This document shows positions 10,831-22,145 of a stretch of DNA of 64,000 nucleotides, one piece after another (position 1 is the first letter of the stretch; every line of letters starts with the position of its first letter). Source of the stretch: Octopus bimaculoides (Eukaryota). The notes below the pieces were generated by a model. The model was not told the DNA's origin, ran no database searches, and saw only the letters and a program-made list of their open reading frames with translations. The position numbers were made by a program, and so were the translations under genes. The DNA lies in NCBI RefSeq assembly GCF_001194135.2, contig NC_068993.1, positions 28,052,038 through 28,116,037 on the forward strand. The letters run 5' to 3'.

Positions 10831-12795
10831 GCAGAGAGAACTCACTAACTGGTAAGTCCAGTGCAACTTACAAGATAAAAGGGAATCCCTGGCAAATAAT
10901 GGAATCAGAAATAACTATGTGGATACTATTGCAACCAAATTCAGAGCCCTTCCTGATAAAACTGAGTTATTCTCTGGCTGACTTGTGTATGTCAGGTGGC
11001 TTGGACCTCTGAAAAGACACCAAAGCAATGGTGACTATGGGTGGTAACCCCAACTTTTATTTAAAAAGGAGGCAAGAGAGAGTACTTTAATTATAGAGGT
11101 ATCTCCTTGTCAAGCCTTTGTGCTAAGTATCTAGAAAATAGATGTAGGGAAATTGTATGGCACAAGGCAACCTCACAAGTGCTGCTATTGCAATAGCATG
11201 CACTCAATACAGGGTTGATAGGACACGTTTGTCTTGACCTGTCATGGATATGACATGCTGGTGCCATGATAAAATGCAATCAGTACACTCTGTGAAGTAG
11301 CTAGAGTTAAGAAGAGCATCTAGCTATAGAAACCAAATGTAAAAAGATAACATGATAGCAACATATGGTTTCCCTCACCCTTCTAGAAAGGCAGTAACTG
11401 AATAAAACAGAAATCAAAATGTGACAACCCATTCAATCCATGCCAGCATGGAAAGCAGACATAAAATGATGATGACAATGATGGTGATGATGTTTTTTTG
11501 ATGACTAGAATGGATCTTTTATGATGTAACTGCTTCCAATATAATGGTCTCAAGTGAAACCACTCGGAGACCAAAGGAGGTGTACGGTTGATGAAATCAA
11601 TTTCAGTTCTTGACTGGCACCTTATTTTATCAACCTAACAAGGATGAAAGGCATTTTATTTGTATGTGAAGAAAATTGTAAGTAGGTTAGGATGCCGGAT
11701 TACTGACCACATGGCCACAAGTTCAAATCTTAGCCATTAACATTGAACTCCTGAACAAAACATAAAAATCTGCTGATCCCTCTTTGTGTCACTGAAAACA
11801 AAAAAAAAAAAAAGCAGAAACATTTTTCAGCCCTATTTCATAGTTGAGTTGTTAAGTAGTAAGAACAGTGAAATACTGTACCCAACATTTCAGGTACAGT
11901 AAAATGATATATCCACCATTCCAGGTACACAACCCTCAATTTTTAAGGGGTGGTCCTTGCTTTTTATGTACTCTAATGCATAAAACATTACAGCCTGAAG
12001 ACAAAGAGGATAGTAGAGAAAGTATAAAGATGTGCAGACTGTCACTTTGCAACCTTATGTGATGAACTACTGTATGGCTATACAATAACAGTAGCAGGTG
12101 TACAAGAACAAAATGGATAATGGAGAGAGTACAATGCCAAAACTGCAATGTACCCCATACAATTAACACTTTACTTACCATCTTCGAACAATATGATTTA
12201 ATTCATTCTGAAAACCACCTGGAATTTAATAAAACTTGGCAAATGTTTCATTTATTGGTGTACATCAAATTAACGTTTCAAATAACAGAAATTTATGAGG
12301 GAAGTTTTTCCCTCATAAATTTATGTTCGGTGTACACCAATAAATGAAACATTTGATAAGTTTTACTAAATTTAAATAAGAACATTTTAAACATTTGTAA
12401 CATTGAAACAAATGCAGTTTCAAGCAGATTGGTATGAAAAAAGTGTACCACTGCATGGTGGAGTGCATGGCAGGCTGAAACAATACATCTATGGCTTTTA
12501 TGTGGTCTTCCTTTTGATTGATTGTCATTAAACCATAGGTTTATTCAACCAAGGCTGACCTGGGATCACACCACAAAAACAGTAGCAGTAGTTATCATTC
12601 CACCAAAAGAATGAAGGAAAATGGATGCAAAACAACAAAATAAGAGATGGAATGAAAATAAATGAGATGAAAGGGGAGAGAAAAAGGAAGGAAAGAAGAG
12701 AAGGAAAGCGAAAGAAGAAAGAAGGGGAAAAGAGTGAGAGAGAAAGAGAGAGAAGAGAGAAAGAGAGAGAAGAGAGAAAGAAAAAGTCAACTGAC

Positions 12796-12942
12796 CATTG
12801 GAGTACCATCATAGTAAGACAGAAAATTGCTGTCAATCACAAACCACCGGTTCTTGTAGCATTGTCTGGTAATGGTCTTTTTGTTTTGAGAGCGTTTCTT
12901 CATGAAATCACTGAGTAACTCACAATTGTTCTGCTGTGACAT
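12796..12942 (-). CDS. Btk: First coding exon of a Tec/Btk-family non-receptor tyrosine kinase (N-terminal PH domain, 49 codons, phase-0 donor)
   Basis: MSQQNNCELLSDFMKKRSQNKKTITRQCYKNRWFVIDSNFLSYYDGTPM aligns without gaps to the BTK/TEC/Btk29A PH start (KRSQxKK..[F/Y]KxR.F.L....LSYY), with the K12, R28 and Y39 equivalents present. The donor ATG|GTCAGT at 12796/12795 falls five residues after YY, as in TEC (YYEGRAE|). ATG context is aacATG. No later exons were found in the window, so orthologue versus paralogue is unresolved. Confidence 0.9.
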
Positions 12943-13060
12943 GTTGGGACCAAGGACAACATCAGACAAGCTTGGATTATCTCCTTAAAATTGTTTTAAT
13001 TTTCTGTTTTACTCCAAGGAAGACTCCATTTAAAACTGGTACTGAAGCCTCTTCACAGCT
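12943..13060 (-). other. 5'UTR portion of the same exon
   Basis: The acceptor tgtttttaattacAG| lies at 13061. In-frame stops precede the ATG at 12942. Confidence 0.65.
13009..13029 (-). promoter_or_regulatory. uORF (MESSLE*) in the kinase 5'UTR
   Basis: ATG GAG TCT TCC TTG GAG TAA, in the same frame as the main ATG and ending 66 nt before it. Confidence 0.55.
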
Positions 13061-13144
13061 CTGTAATTAAAAACATACAAATATATACATACAAAAATCT
13101 ATATCTAGATATAAAATATATAGATCATCTCTGTCTGTCACATA

Positions 13145-13361
13145 CAAGGGGATGCTGAAAAGTTCCTGGCTTTAAGGATTTTGTGAAAAGCCTGATTGGA
13201 GGCCTAACCTTCCAAGTTCTTTTACAGGGCTTAGAAAAACTGAAGGACCATTGCATTAAGTGTGTGAATCTGAAAGAGGAATATGTTAAATAAAATCATA
13301 ATTAACTGATCCTCCTGTATTTTTAAAAATCCCAAACCAGGAACTTTTCAGCACTCTCTTG
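13145..13361. mobile_element. mariner-derived MITE (~217 bp)
   Basis: TIRs caaggggatgctgaaaagttcctggc and ccaggaacttttcagcactctcttg, with TA TSDs at 13143-13144 and 13362-13363. Confidence 0.85.
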
Positions 13362-14399
13362 TATATGACATACATACCCCCACAACACACATATTGTATG
13401 TCTTATAACATATATATATACACACATATAATGAAGATGCTGCATCTCATGGAAGAGATGACAAAAGACAGTATTTATTGATGATATGCAGTACTCTAGA
13501 AGACCTGTCACCCATGCCAATGTATACTCAAGGATAATGTTCAGAGATTCAAATATTTGTACCTTGCCAGGGCTACATTTTCTGTCCCCCTCATTTTACA
13601 CTTTTGACTTCTCCTCCCTTGTATCTATTGCTCAATGCCTTTCTCACCCATCTCCCCACCTTCTCATCATTCACAACCCTCCATCTCCCAACCACCAGTG
13701 CTGACCGTACCATTTTCATTACTCTGTTCATCTGCCCTTCAGCACACTAGTATATAAGAGACTACATTAGGTCACCATCATCCCCTTTCTCATCCATTAT
13801 ATTCACACATTTGGGTGCTATGTTGCCAGTCACTGCTATTGCAACACCCACATATCTTTTACCTCTTGTTAATCAGAAATAGAACAAAAATGAAAATGAG
13901 ATTTTGCCATATTTATAGAAAATAATGTTACAAATTGAGTCCCATTCTCCTAACAGGTAGGGATACCCCTGGTCTAATTGCTTACACCAACCACAATACT
14001 TCCTTATTTTATTGACTTTGGCAGTATAAAAGGCAAAGTGGAGCTAAATGGAATTTAAGCACATAATGTAAAACAAATACCACAAGGTATTTTGTTCAGA
14101 ATTCTATCAATTCTGCCTTTCAGTGTTTAATCTCACTCCATGGTGTTTTGAGCAAGTGTCTTTCACTACATTCCTGGGCTAACCAATGCCTTTCAGTGCA
14201 ATTTGATAGGAAGTGTGGAGAAACCCAGCATTGCATACATTCATACATGCATGCATGCAGTCAGACAGACAGATATAGATATTGCAGACACTAGCACAAT
14301 AATGTGTCAGCTCCAGCAGTTGATCCTCTCAAAAAAGGAGAGGTTAGTAAAAACGACAAATTTGCTATTTTCAATTTGGATTTTGTGCCTAGAATGTTG

Positions 14400-14765
14400 G
14401 GTAATGACTGAAAAAGTATGATTGTGCATACAAATGGCCAAAATGGAGTGATGTTATCCAACAAGGTTCAAAACTTGGAGATCAGGGAATCTCTTCAAGT
14501 TGAAACTGCTACTTCTCCACATTGACAGATCACAACTTTGATACTATGGACAAGTGATTAGAATGACACATGATTCTTCATGCCAAGCCAACCAGCAGGA
14601 GACCTAGAGGTAGATCACAAATGAGATGGTTGGATAATATCTATATGCTTGAAAATGCAGCTGGGAAATGTAATGACAGTTGCAGCTGAAAGAATCCAAT
14701 GGAAGTACCTGAGGACTCTAACACTATGACCTTCCCAAGAATAGTGGGTGGAGAAGATGGATGGA
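14400..14765 (+). mobile_element. RTE family B 3' end
   Basis: Same 3' sequence (..ccttcccaagaatagtgggtg..gatggatgg) as 29380-29690. Confidence 0.7.
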
Positions 14766-14779
14766 CACACACACACACA

Positions 14780-14842
<63 letters not shown>
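14765..14842. repeat. (CA)n(TA)n compound microsatellite between two tail-to-tail RTE ends
   Basis: Read directly from the sequence. Confidence 0.95.
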
Positions 14843-14844
<2 letters not shown>

Positions 14845-15125
14845 TCATCGTTCGTTTAACGTTTGCTTTCTATGCTGGCATGGGTTGGATGATTTGACCG
14901 AGGACTGGTGAACCAGATGGCTGCATCAAGCTCCAATCTGATTTGGCAGAGTTTCTACAGCCGGATGCCCTTCCTAACGCCAACCACTCTGAGAGTGTAG
15001 TGGGTGCTTTTACGTTCCACCGGGACGAGGGCTAGTCAGGCAGTGCTGGCAACGGCCACACCCACATGGTGCTTTTTACGTGCCACCTGCACAGGAGCCG
15101 GTCCAGTGACACTGGCAATGACTTA
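14843..15125 (-). mobile_element. RTE family A 3'UTR
   Basis: catcatcgttcgtttaacg..catgggttgga..gatgcccttcctaacgccaaccac, homologous to 8133-8420 and 45430-45600. Confidence 0.8.
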
Positions 15126-15449
15126 AGATAACAACATTACAACAAAAGAAAACTGAGAGTTTGTTCATTCACTCATTTCATTGTCCATTTGTTTCACTAG
15201 CTTTTACTTCTTTTTCAAGTAAGGGATCTCTTATTTCATACATCTTCGAAAGTGTAGAAGAAGTTGATGATTTGTTGACAGAAGTAACATCACTCATAAC
15301 TTTCAAAGTGCAAATACAAGCAAATACATACACACATAATGGGTTTCTCTACCAAATTTAAGCTCACTCACAAAGCTTTGGTCCAAGATGTTATGCAGTG
15401 AAACTGAAGTGAAACCTGAAGCCACACAGTTGAAAGAATTTCTTAACCA

Positions 15450-15800
15450 TGTGACAAGAAGTGTGCTTCCCCACCACATGGTTCTGGGTTCAGTCCCACT
15501 GCGTGGCAACTTGGGCAAGTGTTCTCGGGCTGACCAAAGCCTTGTGAGTGGATTTGGTAGATGGAAACTGAAAAAAGCCCGTTGTATGTGTGTGTGTATG
15601 TGTTTGTCCCCCACCATTGCTTGACAACTGGTGTTTCTATTTACATCCGTGTAACTTAGTGGTTTAGCAAAAGAGATCAATAGAATAAGTACCAGGCTTA
15701 AAAAATGAAGTAAATTCTGAGGTCGATTCATTTGACTAAAAATTCTTCAAGGTGTACCCCAGTATGGCTGCAGTCTAATGACTGAAACAAGTAAAAGGTA
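15450..15800 (+). mobile_element. tRNA-derived SINE family 1
   Basis: B-box-like ggttcagtccc, internal (TG)n and terminal gactgaaacaagtaaaag. Confidence 0.75.
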
Positions 15801-16221
15801 AAAAAGTTTTAAAAATACAGCCCTGTCTATACTAAATAAATAACTTGCACACACACATACATACACGCACACACACATACACACACACACACGCATGCAC
15901 ACACTCTTTTATAAATAAGAAACAGTATTGTTTTTGCTATGTTAAAAACATGACTAATTTCATTGACACACTCACATATACACCCAGGTTGCAGTAGTTT
16001 GCAACTATAACAGATATGATTGGTGATATTTAACAGTAAGGGGGTTAGTACTGGCGGCAACGGCAGCAGTAGCAGTAGAAGAGTTACAGTAGCAGCAATA
16101 GTACAAGTGTTATAGTAGTAGTAGTTAGTGGTATGTGTTGGGTGTATGTACTAATAATAGGTATGGTAGCATACAGACTGAAAAAAAAGGATGTATGTGT
16201 GTTTATTAAATACATACATAT

Positions 16222-16254
<33 letters not shown>

Positions 16255-16284
16255 AAGAGAAAGAGAGAGGGGGAGAGCTGATAA

Positions 16285-16324
<40 letters not shown>

Positions 16325-18505
16325 AAGTGTCTTAATTTAGCTTCAGGCTACAACAGGTTGTAATGGTGTGTGTATTGGTGTAGTTGTTGGGACATGAGTG
16401 CATTCATATATAAATGTTGACGGTGTTGAGTATTTGAGGAAGAGGATAGAACACCTATGACCTTTGTACGACCTGACCACCTCCACTTAAACTATCGAGA
16501 GTGTAGTAGGGTAGGGGAGATGGGTAGAAGATATTGAGAAAAGAAAGTGTCTACTGAGCCAGTGGTTGTTATGTGCTGATATTGTTTAGCCCTGTGTCAG
16601 CCCTGATTGAATAGGTATTTGATCAGAGCATTCCAGTGGCAATCATACCATTGTCTTCCTAGGACAAATGCAGTCAGAACTACAATAGCCAATGAATCCT
16701 CCTTTTAAGAAGGAATGGTGTAATATGAGGAAGATTTGACTGCTATTTCTAGCAGGTAATGTAATTCTAGAGGCTCCTATATTGATTCAAGGTTGACAAT
16801 AAATAGATTATTAATGCATAGAAATAAACAATACAGTAAACATGGTCAAATCCCAAGATTCAGTCAAGAATATCACACCATATGTCAACAAGAGTTAATC
16901 AAATGTGGGCCAGAGAGAACACTGACTCCTCATAAGCATATCATAGAGGAAACTTTCAATTCAAAAGATGAAAAAAAAAAGTGAAACACAGATAAAATCA
17001 ACAAGTGGGAAACTTAGCCAGGAGCCTCAGATGACATATTGCGGCTGAGGTCAACCATATAATTTTCATGGGATTTATCAAGGACCTTTGACCATTGTAT
17101 GGCATAGAGTCCTAGACCACGGTGTGACAAACATTATTTAGCCACTATGTGGTGTATAGTACTTGACCAAAGTGTCATGTACTGACCCACATGTGATATT
17201 TGACTACTACTACACCATCACTACAAAACCACAACCACAAATACTCTTAACATGTGTATTTGCTGAATGAAAGCTTTTAGGATGACAAATCTTTTTTGTT
17301 AGCTGTTTCCCCCTCTCTCTTCTCTTCTTGATACTATCACTTTTCTCTATCTCCTGGTGGTGGTGATGGTGAACATAGTGATGGAGGAAGTGGAAACTGA
17401 AATGGATAGAAAATGTAGAGGTAGAGAGAGGTGGGGAAAGAACCTGCTGCCCACCTCTTTTTGCTAGAGAAATATATAAAGACAAACAAGTATTATGTTT
17501 TATGTCTATTCCTCCCATCCACACGAATTGAATCACATAACCAGAACACCATCAGCTGCCAACAACAGCAACAGCAGCAATAAAAAGGTGGTGGTAGCAG
17601 TGGAAGGTGGGAGAGTTCTGCCTCCTGAATGAGAAGTGGAGACAAGCAAGAATTAAGTTTTTATTCATTCATTGAAAGGAGGAAGGAGAGGTTACTTACA
17701 AGAGGGGGTGAGACTGAGAAAGGACAAGGATGCCTGGGACTGAAGGCTTTAACAATGTAAACTATGACCATCACTCCAAACAATTAGTGAAATCTCACTG
17801 GCCAGTTTAACACCACTATCTGATTGTTAGTTGCCTTTAGCAGAGTTCACTCTGTTGCAAGGCTCCAGTTTGAGGATACCTTCCTCTCACCCTCACATAA
17901 TTCTACCATTTATGATTTGTAGAGGCACATGGTATTTTGTTATGCAATCATAATATGCTACAAGGTATATTAAACGTTTTTATCAGTGCTGGCTATAATA
18001 CCTACAGAAAATCTGTAGAGATGACCATAACACCTCAATTCCACCAGTCTTGGAAACTCTAGAAAGGTGTTTAAGCACTGCTTTTCTTCTGAACTAAAAG
18101 ATAATAAAAAAGTGAAACAAAGATTTGTATATGGGGGTGGTTGTTGGGGTGATAGCACTTCAGCACCTTAAGTAAAAAAGATGCATTGGATTATGTAATC
18201 TAAGAGACACTAAGCCTAAATAAAAGACTAAGATGATCATTGCTGGAAACTTTTGATCATAAATTATTTGATCAGGATCGAACAGGATTTAAACAAAAAT
18301 TAACTTAAAGAACCATTCCCCCATCTAATGCCAGAGAGGAACCAAGTTTAAAATCTATTAAAGAAAAATCTTTAAAAAAACACCCCCAAAACTACTATTA
18401 TTATTATTATTATTATTACTATTACTATTATTATTATCATTACTATTACTATTACTACTAAGGTAGCAAGCTGGCAGAATCGGTAGCATGCTGGATGAAA
18501 TGCTT

Positions 18506-18909
18506 TACTCTTTTACTTGTTTCAGTCATTTGACTGTGGCCATGCTGGAGCACCACCTTTAGTCGAGCAAATTGACCCTAGGACTTATTCTTTGGAAGCC
18601 TAGTACTTATTCTATCGGTCTCTTTTGCTGAACGGCTAGGTTATGGGGACATAAACACACCACCATCGGTTGTCAAGCGATGTTGGGGGGACAAACACAG
18701 ACACACAAACATATACACACACATACATATATATACACATATATATGACGGGCTTGTTTCAGTTTTCGTCTACAAAATCCACTCACAAGGCTTTGGTCGG
18801 CCTGAGGCTATAGTAGAAGACACTTGCCCAAGGTGCCAGGCAGTGGGAATGAACCCGGAACCATTTGGTTGGTAAGCAAGCTACTTACCACACAGCCACT
18901 CCTGCGCCT
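18506..18909 (-). mobile_element. Full-length SINE family 1 inserted into array unit 1
   Basis: The tRNA-like head ggcgcaggagtggctgtgtggtaag..ggttcattcccactgc is followed by accttgggcaagtg (CORE-like). A 6-bp TSD atgctt lies at 18500-18505 and 18910-18915. Confidence 0.9.
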
Positions 18910-19104
18910 ATGCTTAGCGATATTTTGTCCATCTTTATGTTCTGAGTTCAAATTCCGCCAAGGTCGACTTTGCCTTTCATCTTTTCAGGGTTGATAAATT
19001 AAGTACTAGTGAAACACTGGAGTTGATGAAATTGACTAGTCCCTCTCCCAAAATTTCAGGCCTTGTGCTTTTAGTAGGAAGGATTATTATTATTGTTATT
19101 GTTA

Positions 19105-19138
<34 letters not shown>

Positions 19139-19410
19139 GGCAGCGAGCAGGCAGAATCGTTTGCATGCCAAGCAAAATGCTTTTTGGCATTCTCTCCACC
19201 TTTACATTGTGAGTTCAAATTCCACTGGGGTTGACTTCGTCTTTCTTCCTTTCAGGATTGATAGAATAAGTATCAGTTGAGCTATGAGGTCAATGTAATC
19301 AACTACCCTGCTCCCCAGCATTTCAGGCCTTGTGCCTATAGTAGAAAGGATTACTGATAATAATCCTTTCTACTATAGACACAAAGCCCAAAATTTATTA
19401 TTATTATTAT

Positions 19411-20692
19411 TGTTTTGAAAGCAGATGGACGTGTCTCCAGAAGCTCTGTACGTTGTTGGCCAATTTTATTGGAAAATTTGTTCAACCTATTGATATTTTT
19501 GTATATTTGTGTAGCCAAGTCAACTAGGTTCTTGCAGAGTTAGTCGGTTAGGCAAAATTTTCGTTTAAAACTTTGAAATTTTGTATTGAATCTTAGATAT
19601 TTTGCCAAAATGTCATTGAAGAGAACAGTAAGCTGTTCCCTTCTTTGTCCACCACACCCTCTGTTAACGAACGACAAGTCAAGTTGAACATCAAGTAATA
19701 AAACACTCCACCTGATTTGCGCCTTAAAAGGCAAAGAAGTGAAAGAGAATCAGCATTCCACCATGTGCAGCGCTACTGATGAAAATGAAGGCTGTTCTTT
19801 AAACCGCCTTTCAAACCTGCATTTCCCAGCTCTCACCACCACTATTGCTCCTACACCGGAGAAGGAGGAAGAGAGAAATAACTTGGTTACCAAAGAACCC
19901 AAAACCAACAAAACCCATTGTAACAGTTTTGCATCCGATAACTTCCAAAGGTCCCTCACTTGGTAGTGCTACTGAGGGGCACTGCCTGTTCAAGATAAAT
20001 TCTACCGGCATGGAAGTGCCATCAGCGGGGCCTGCCTGAAGTGCGCTCAGAGCGACAAAACCATTCTGTACGCACTCGTCCAGTGCCTGAGTATTGCTGA
20101 CCTATGGGTTTATGTTGAACAGCTACCATCACGTGTAGGACAGATCTGGCTATCAGCTGAATCCATAGTGAAGATTGCCCTCCTGACCTCCTTTAACCAG
20201 GAGGGCAAGGTAATTTTCCTTTGTCTGGTGGCTGTAGTGAAAGAGGTGGTATGGTGGACCCGTTTGAAAGGGCTAAAGTCAGACACTTTCCTCTTCGGTC
20301 AAGGCCTCATCAACTTTTTCAAGTTCCACTTGAAAATGAAGGTGAGAGTAAAGAGAGAAGTGCTGTCTCATAGCAAATTTATTGAAAGGCGGGTGAATGT
20401 CGGTAAAACGGCCAGTATGAACGGACCAATTCTGAGGTTACTTCTTTAAAAAAAGGTAATATAAAAGGAGAAGGGGGCTCTCTCCCCATTTGACCATGGC
20501 TTTTATGGGTTTTTCCATGAGTAACCTTTCAAAGCGCCTCCCCCAATTGGGAGTTTTACTTGTTATATTTTTTGCTGTTTTTCTAATGTTTACGTGGACC
20601 TTTCTTTTTTGCAAAACCCTTTGTACTTTTTGTCCCATGTTTGTCCTTACATGTTTTTGATTTACATTAGCCCTTGTGGCCAATAAAACAGA
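19411..20692 (+). mobile_element. Tx1/L1-clade non-LTR element, internally deleted (putative 5' end fused to ORF2 C-terminal zf-RVT and 3'UTR)
   Basis: From ~19937 the degenerate translation DNFQRSLTW*CY*GALPVQDK..CLKCAQSDKTILYALVQC..VVWWTRLKG is a CxxC..(H)..C zinc knuckle typical of L1/Tx1 ORF2. AATAAA lies at 20682, followed by a (TAA/ATT)n tail. Confidence 0.75.
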
Positions 20693-21734
20693 ATTAATAA
20701 TAATTATTATTATTATTGAAGATGGCAAGCTGGCAGAATCGTTAGCAAGTTGGATGAAATGCTTAGCGGCATTTCACTCATCACTAAGTTCTGAGTTCAA
20801 ATTCTGCCAAGGTTGACTTTGCCTTTCATCCTTTTGGGGTTGATAAATTAAGTACCAGTTGTGTACTAGGGTCGATCTAATCGACTGCCAATCCTCCAAA
20901 TTTTAGGCCTTGCGCCTATAGTAGAAAGGATTATTATTATAATTATTATTATTATTAAGGCAGCAAGCTGGCTGAATTGTTAGCATGCCAGGCAAAATAC
21001 TTAGCAGCATTTCATCCATTTTTACGTTCTAAGTTCAAACTCTACCTAAGCTGACTTTGCCTTTTATCCTTTTGGTTTCAATAAAATAAGTACCAGTTGA
21101 GCACTGGAGTCGATGTAATTAACTGCCCCACCAAAAAAAATTACTGGTCTTGTGTCAAAATTTGAAATCAATAATATCATTATTATTATTATTATTATTG
21201 CAGTGAACTGGCAGAATTGTTAGCATGTTGGATAAAATGCTTAATGACATTTCATTCATCTTTATGTTCTAAGTTCAAATGCCACCAAGGCTGACTTTGC
21301 TTTTTATTTATTTGGGCTCGATGAAATAAGTACCAGTTGAACACTAAGGTCGATGTAATTGATCAGACTCCTCTCCCAAATTTTCTGGTCTTGTACCTAT
21401 AATAAAAAGGATTATTTTTGATAAAAATGCTTTGTGGATTTTCCTTCAGTCTTCTATATTCTGAGTTCAAACCCTGTCAAAGTCATCTTTGCCTCACCAG
21501 TCAGGTACCAGGGTTGATTTAGTAGATAAACTCTTTCTCCCAAGATTTTAGGCAATGTGCTATGTTAGAAACAATCATTATATAGGGTGGTAGACCGGTA
21601 GAAGCATTAGAGCATCAGATGAAATGGTAATTGGTATTTGTTGAAGTCCTTATTGTTGTGAGGTCAACTTTGTTTCTCGTCCTTACAGGGTCAATAAACT
21701 AATGTACCAATTAAATATTGTGTCAAGCTCCACT

Positions 21735-22074
21735 GACTGCTTTGACATGGTTTTTACAGTTGGATGCCCTTCCTAATGCCAAACACTTTATGTGGCATGA
21801 GCACCAGAGAGGTTACCAAGTAACTTGCGAGACAGGATCCTTCAACTGAATGAGGAGTAGTATTGAAGGAAGTGGCTTTGTGCCAAATGATGAGAGGTTA
21901 AAGTATGTTAGGGGGACAGAAATAGGTGTTTTGGAGTAGAGGAGATACATGACTAGTTGAGTTGGAAAAGGGTGAAGAGGAGGAATGAGAGAGAGAGAAG
22001 AGATGGGGGAGGGAGGGAGGGAGGGAGGGAGAGATAGATAGTTAAAGAGAGAGAGAAGAGATGGAGGGAGGGAG

Positions 22075-22145
<71 letters not shown>

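Larger units (their letters stand above)
18393..21730 (+). repeat. Head-to-tail array of about 7 copies of tRNA-like SINE family 2 (~210 bp) separated by (ATT)n
   Basis: Units start near 18460, 19137, 20718, 20957, 21200, 21425 and 21583. Each has tggcagaatcgttag (A-box-like), gagttcaaattcc (B-box-like), tttgcctttcatcctt..gataaa and a ..gccttgtgcctatagtagaaaggattatt tail. The last two units are more degenerate. Confidence 0.85.

Noticed and set aside
12179-12218. Possible second kinase exon (ttccAG|GTGGTTTTC...GATG|GTAAGT), starting VVF like BTK FQ|VVY
   Set aside because: Phase 0 hits a stop after 6 codons (VVFRMN*), and the only open frame shows no PH similarity.
12625-12918. Charged K/E/R-rich plus-strand ORF
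   Set aside because: It is the translation of an intronic purine microsatellite plus the antisense of the kinase exon.
18830-18909. tRNA-like sequences with A/B boxes (also at 39974, 63781 and the array units)
   Set aside because: They are SINE heads: no complete cloverleaf, and each continues into SINE body sequence.
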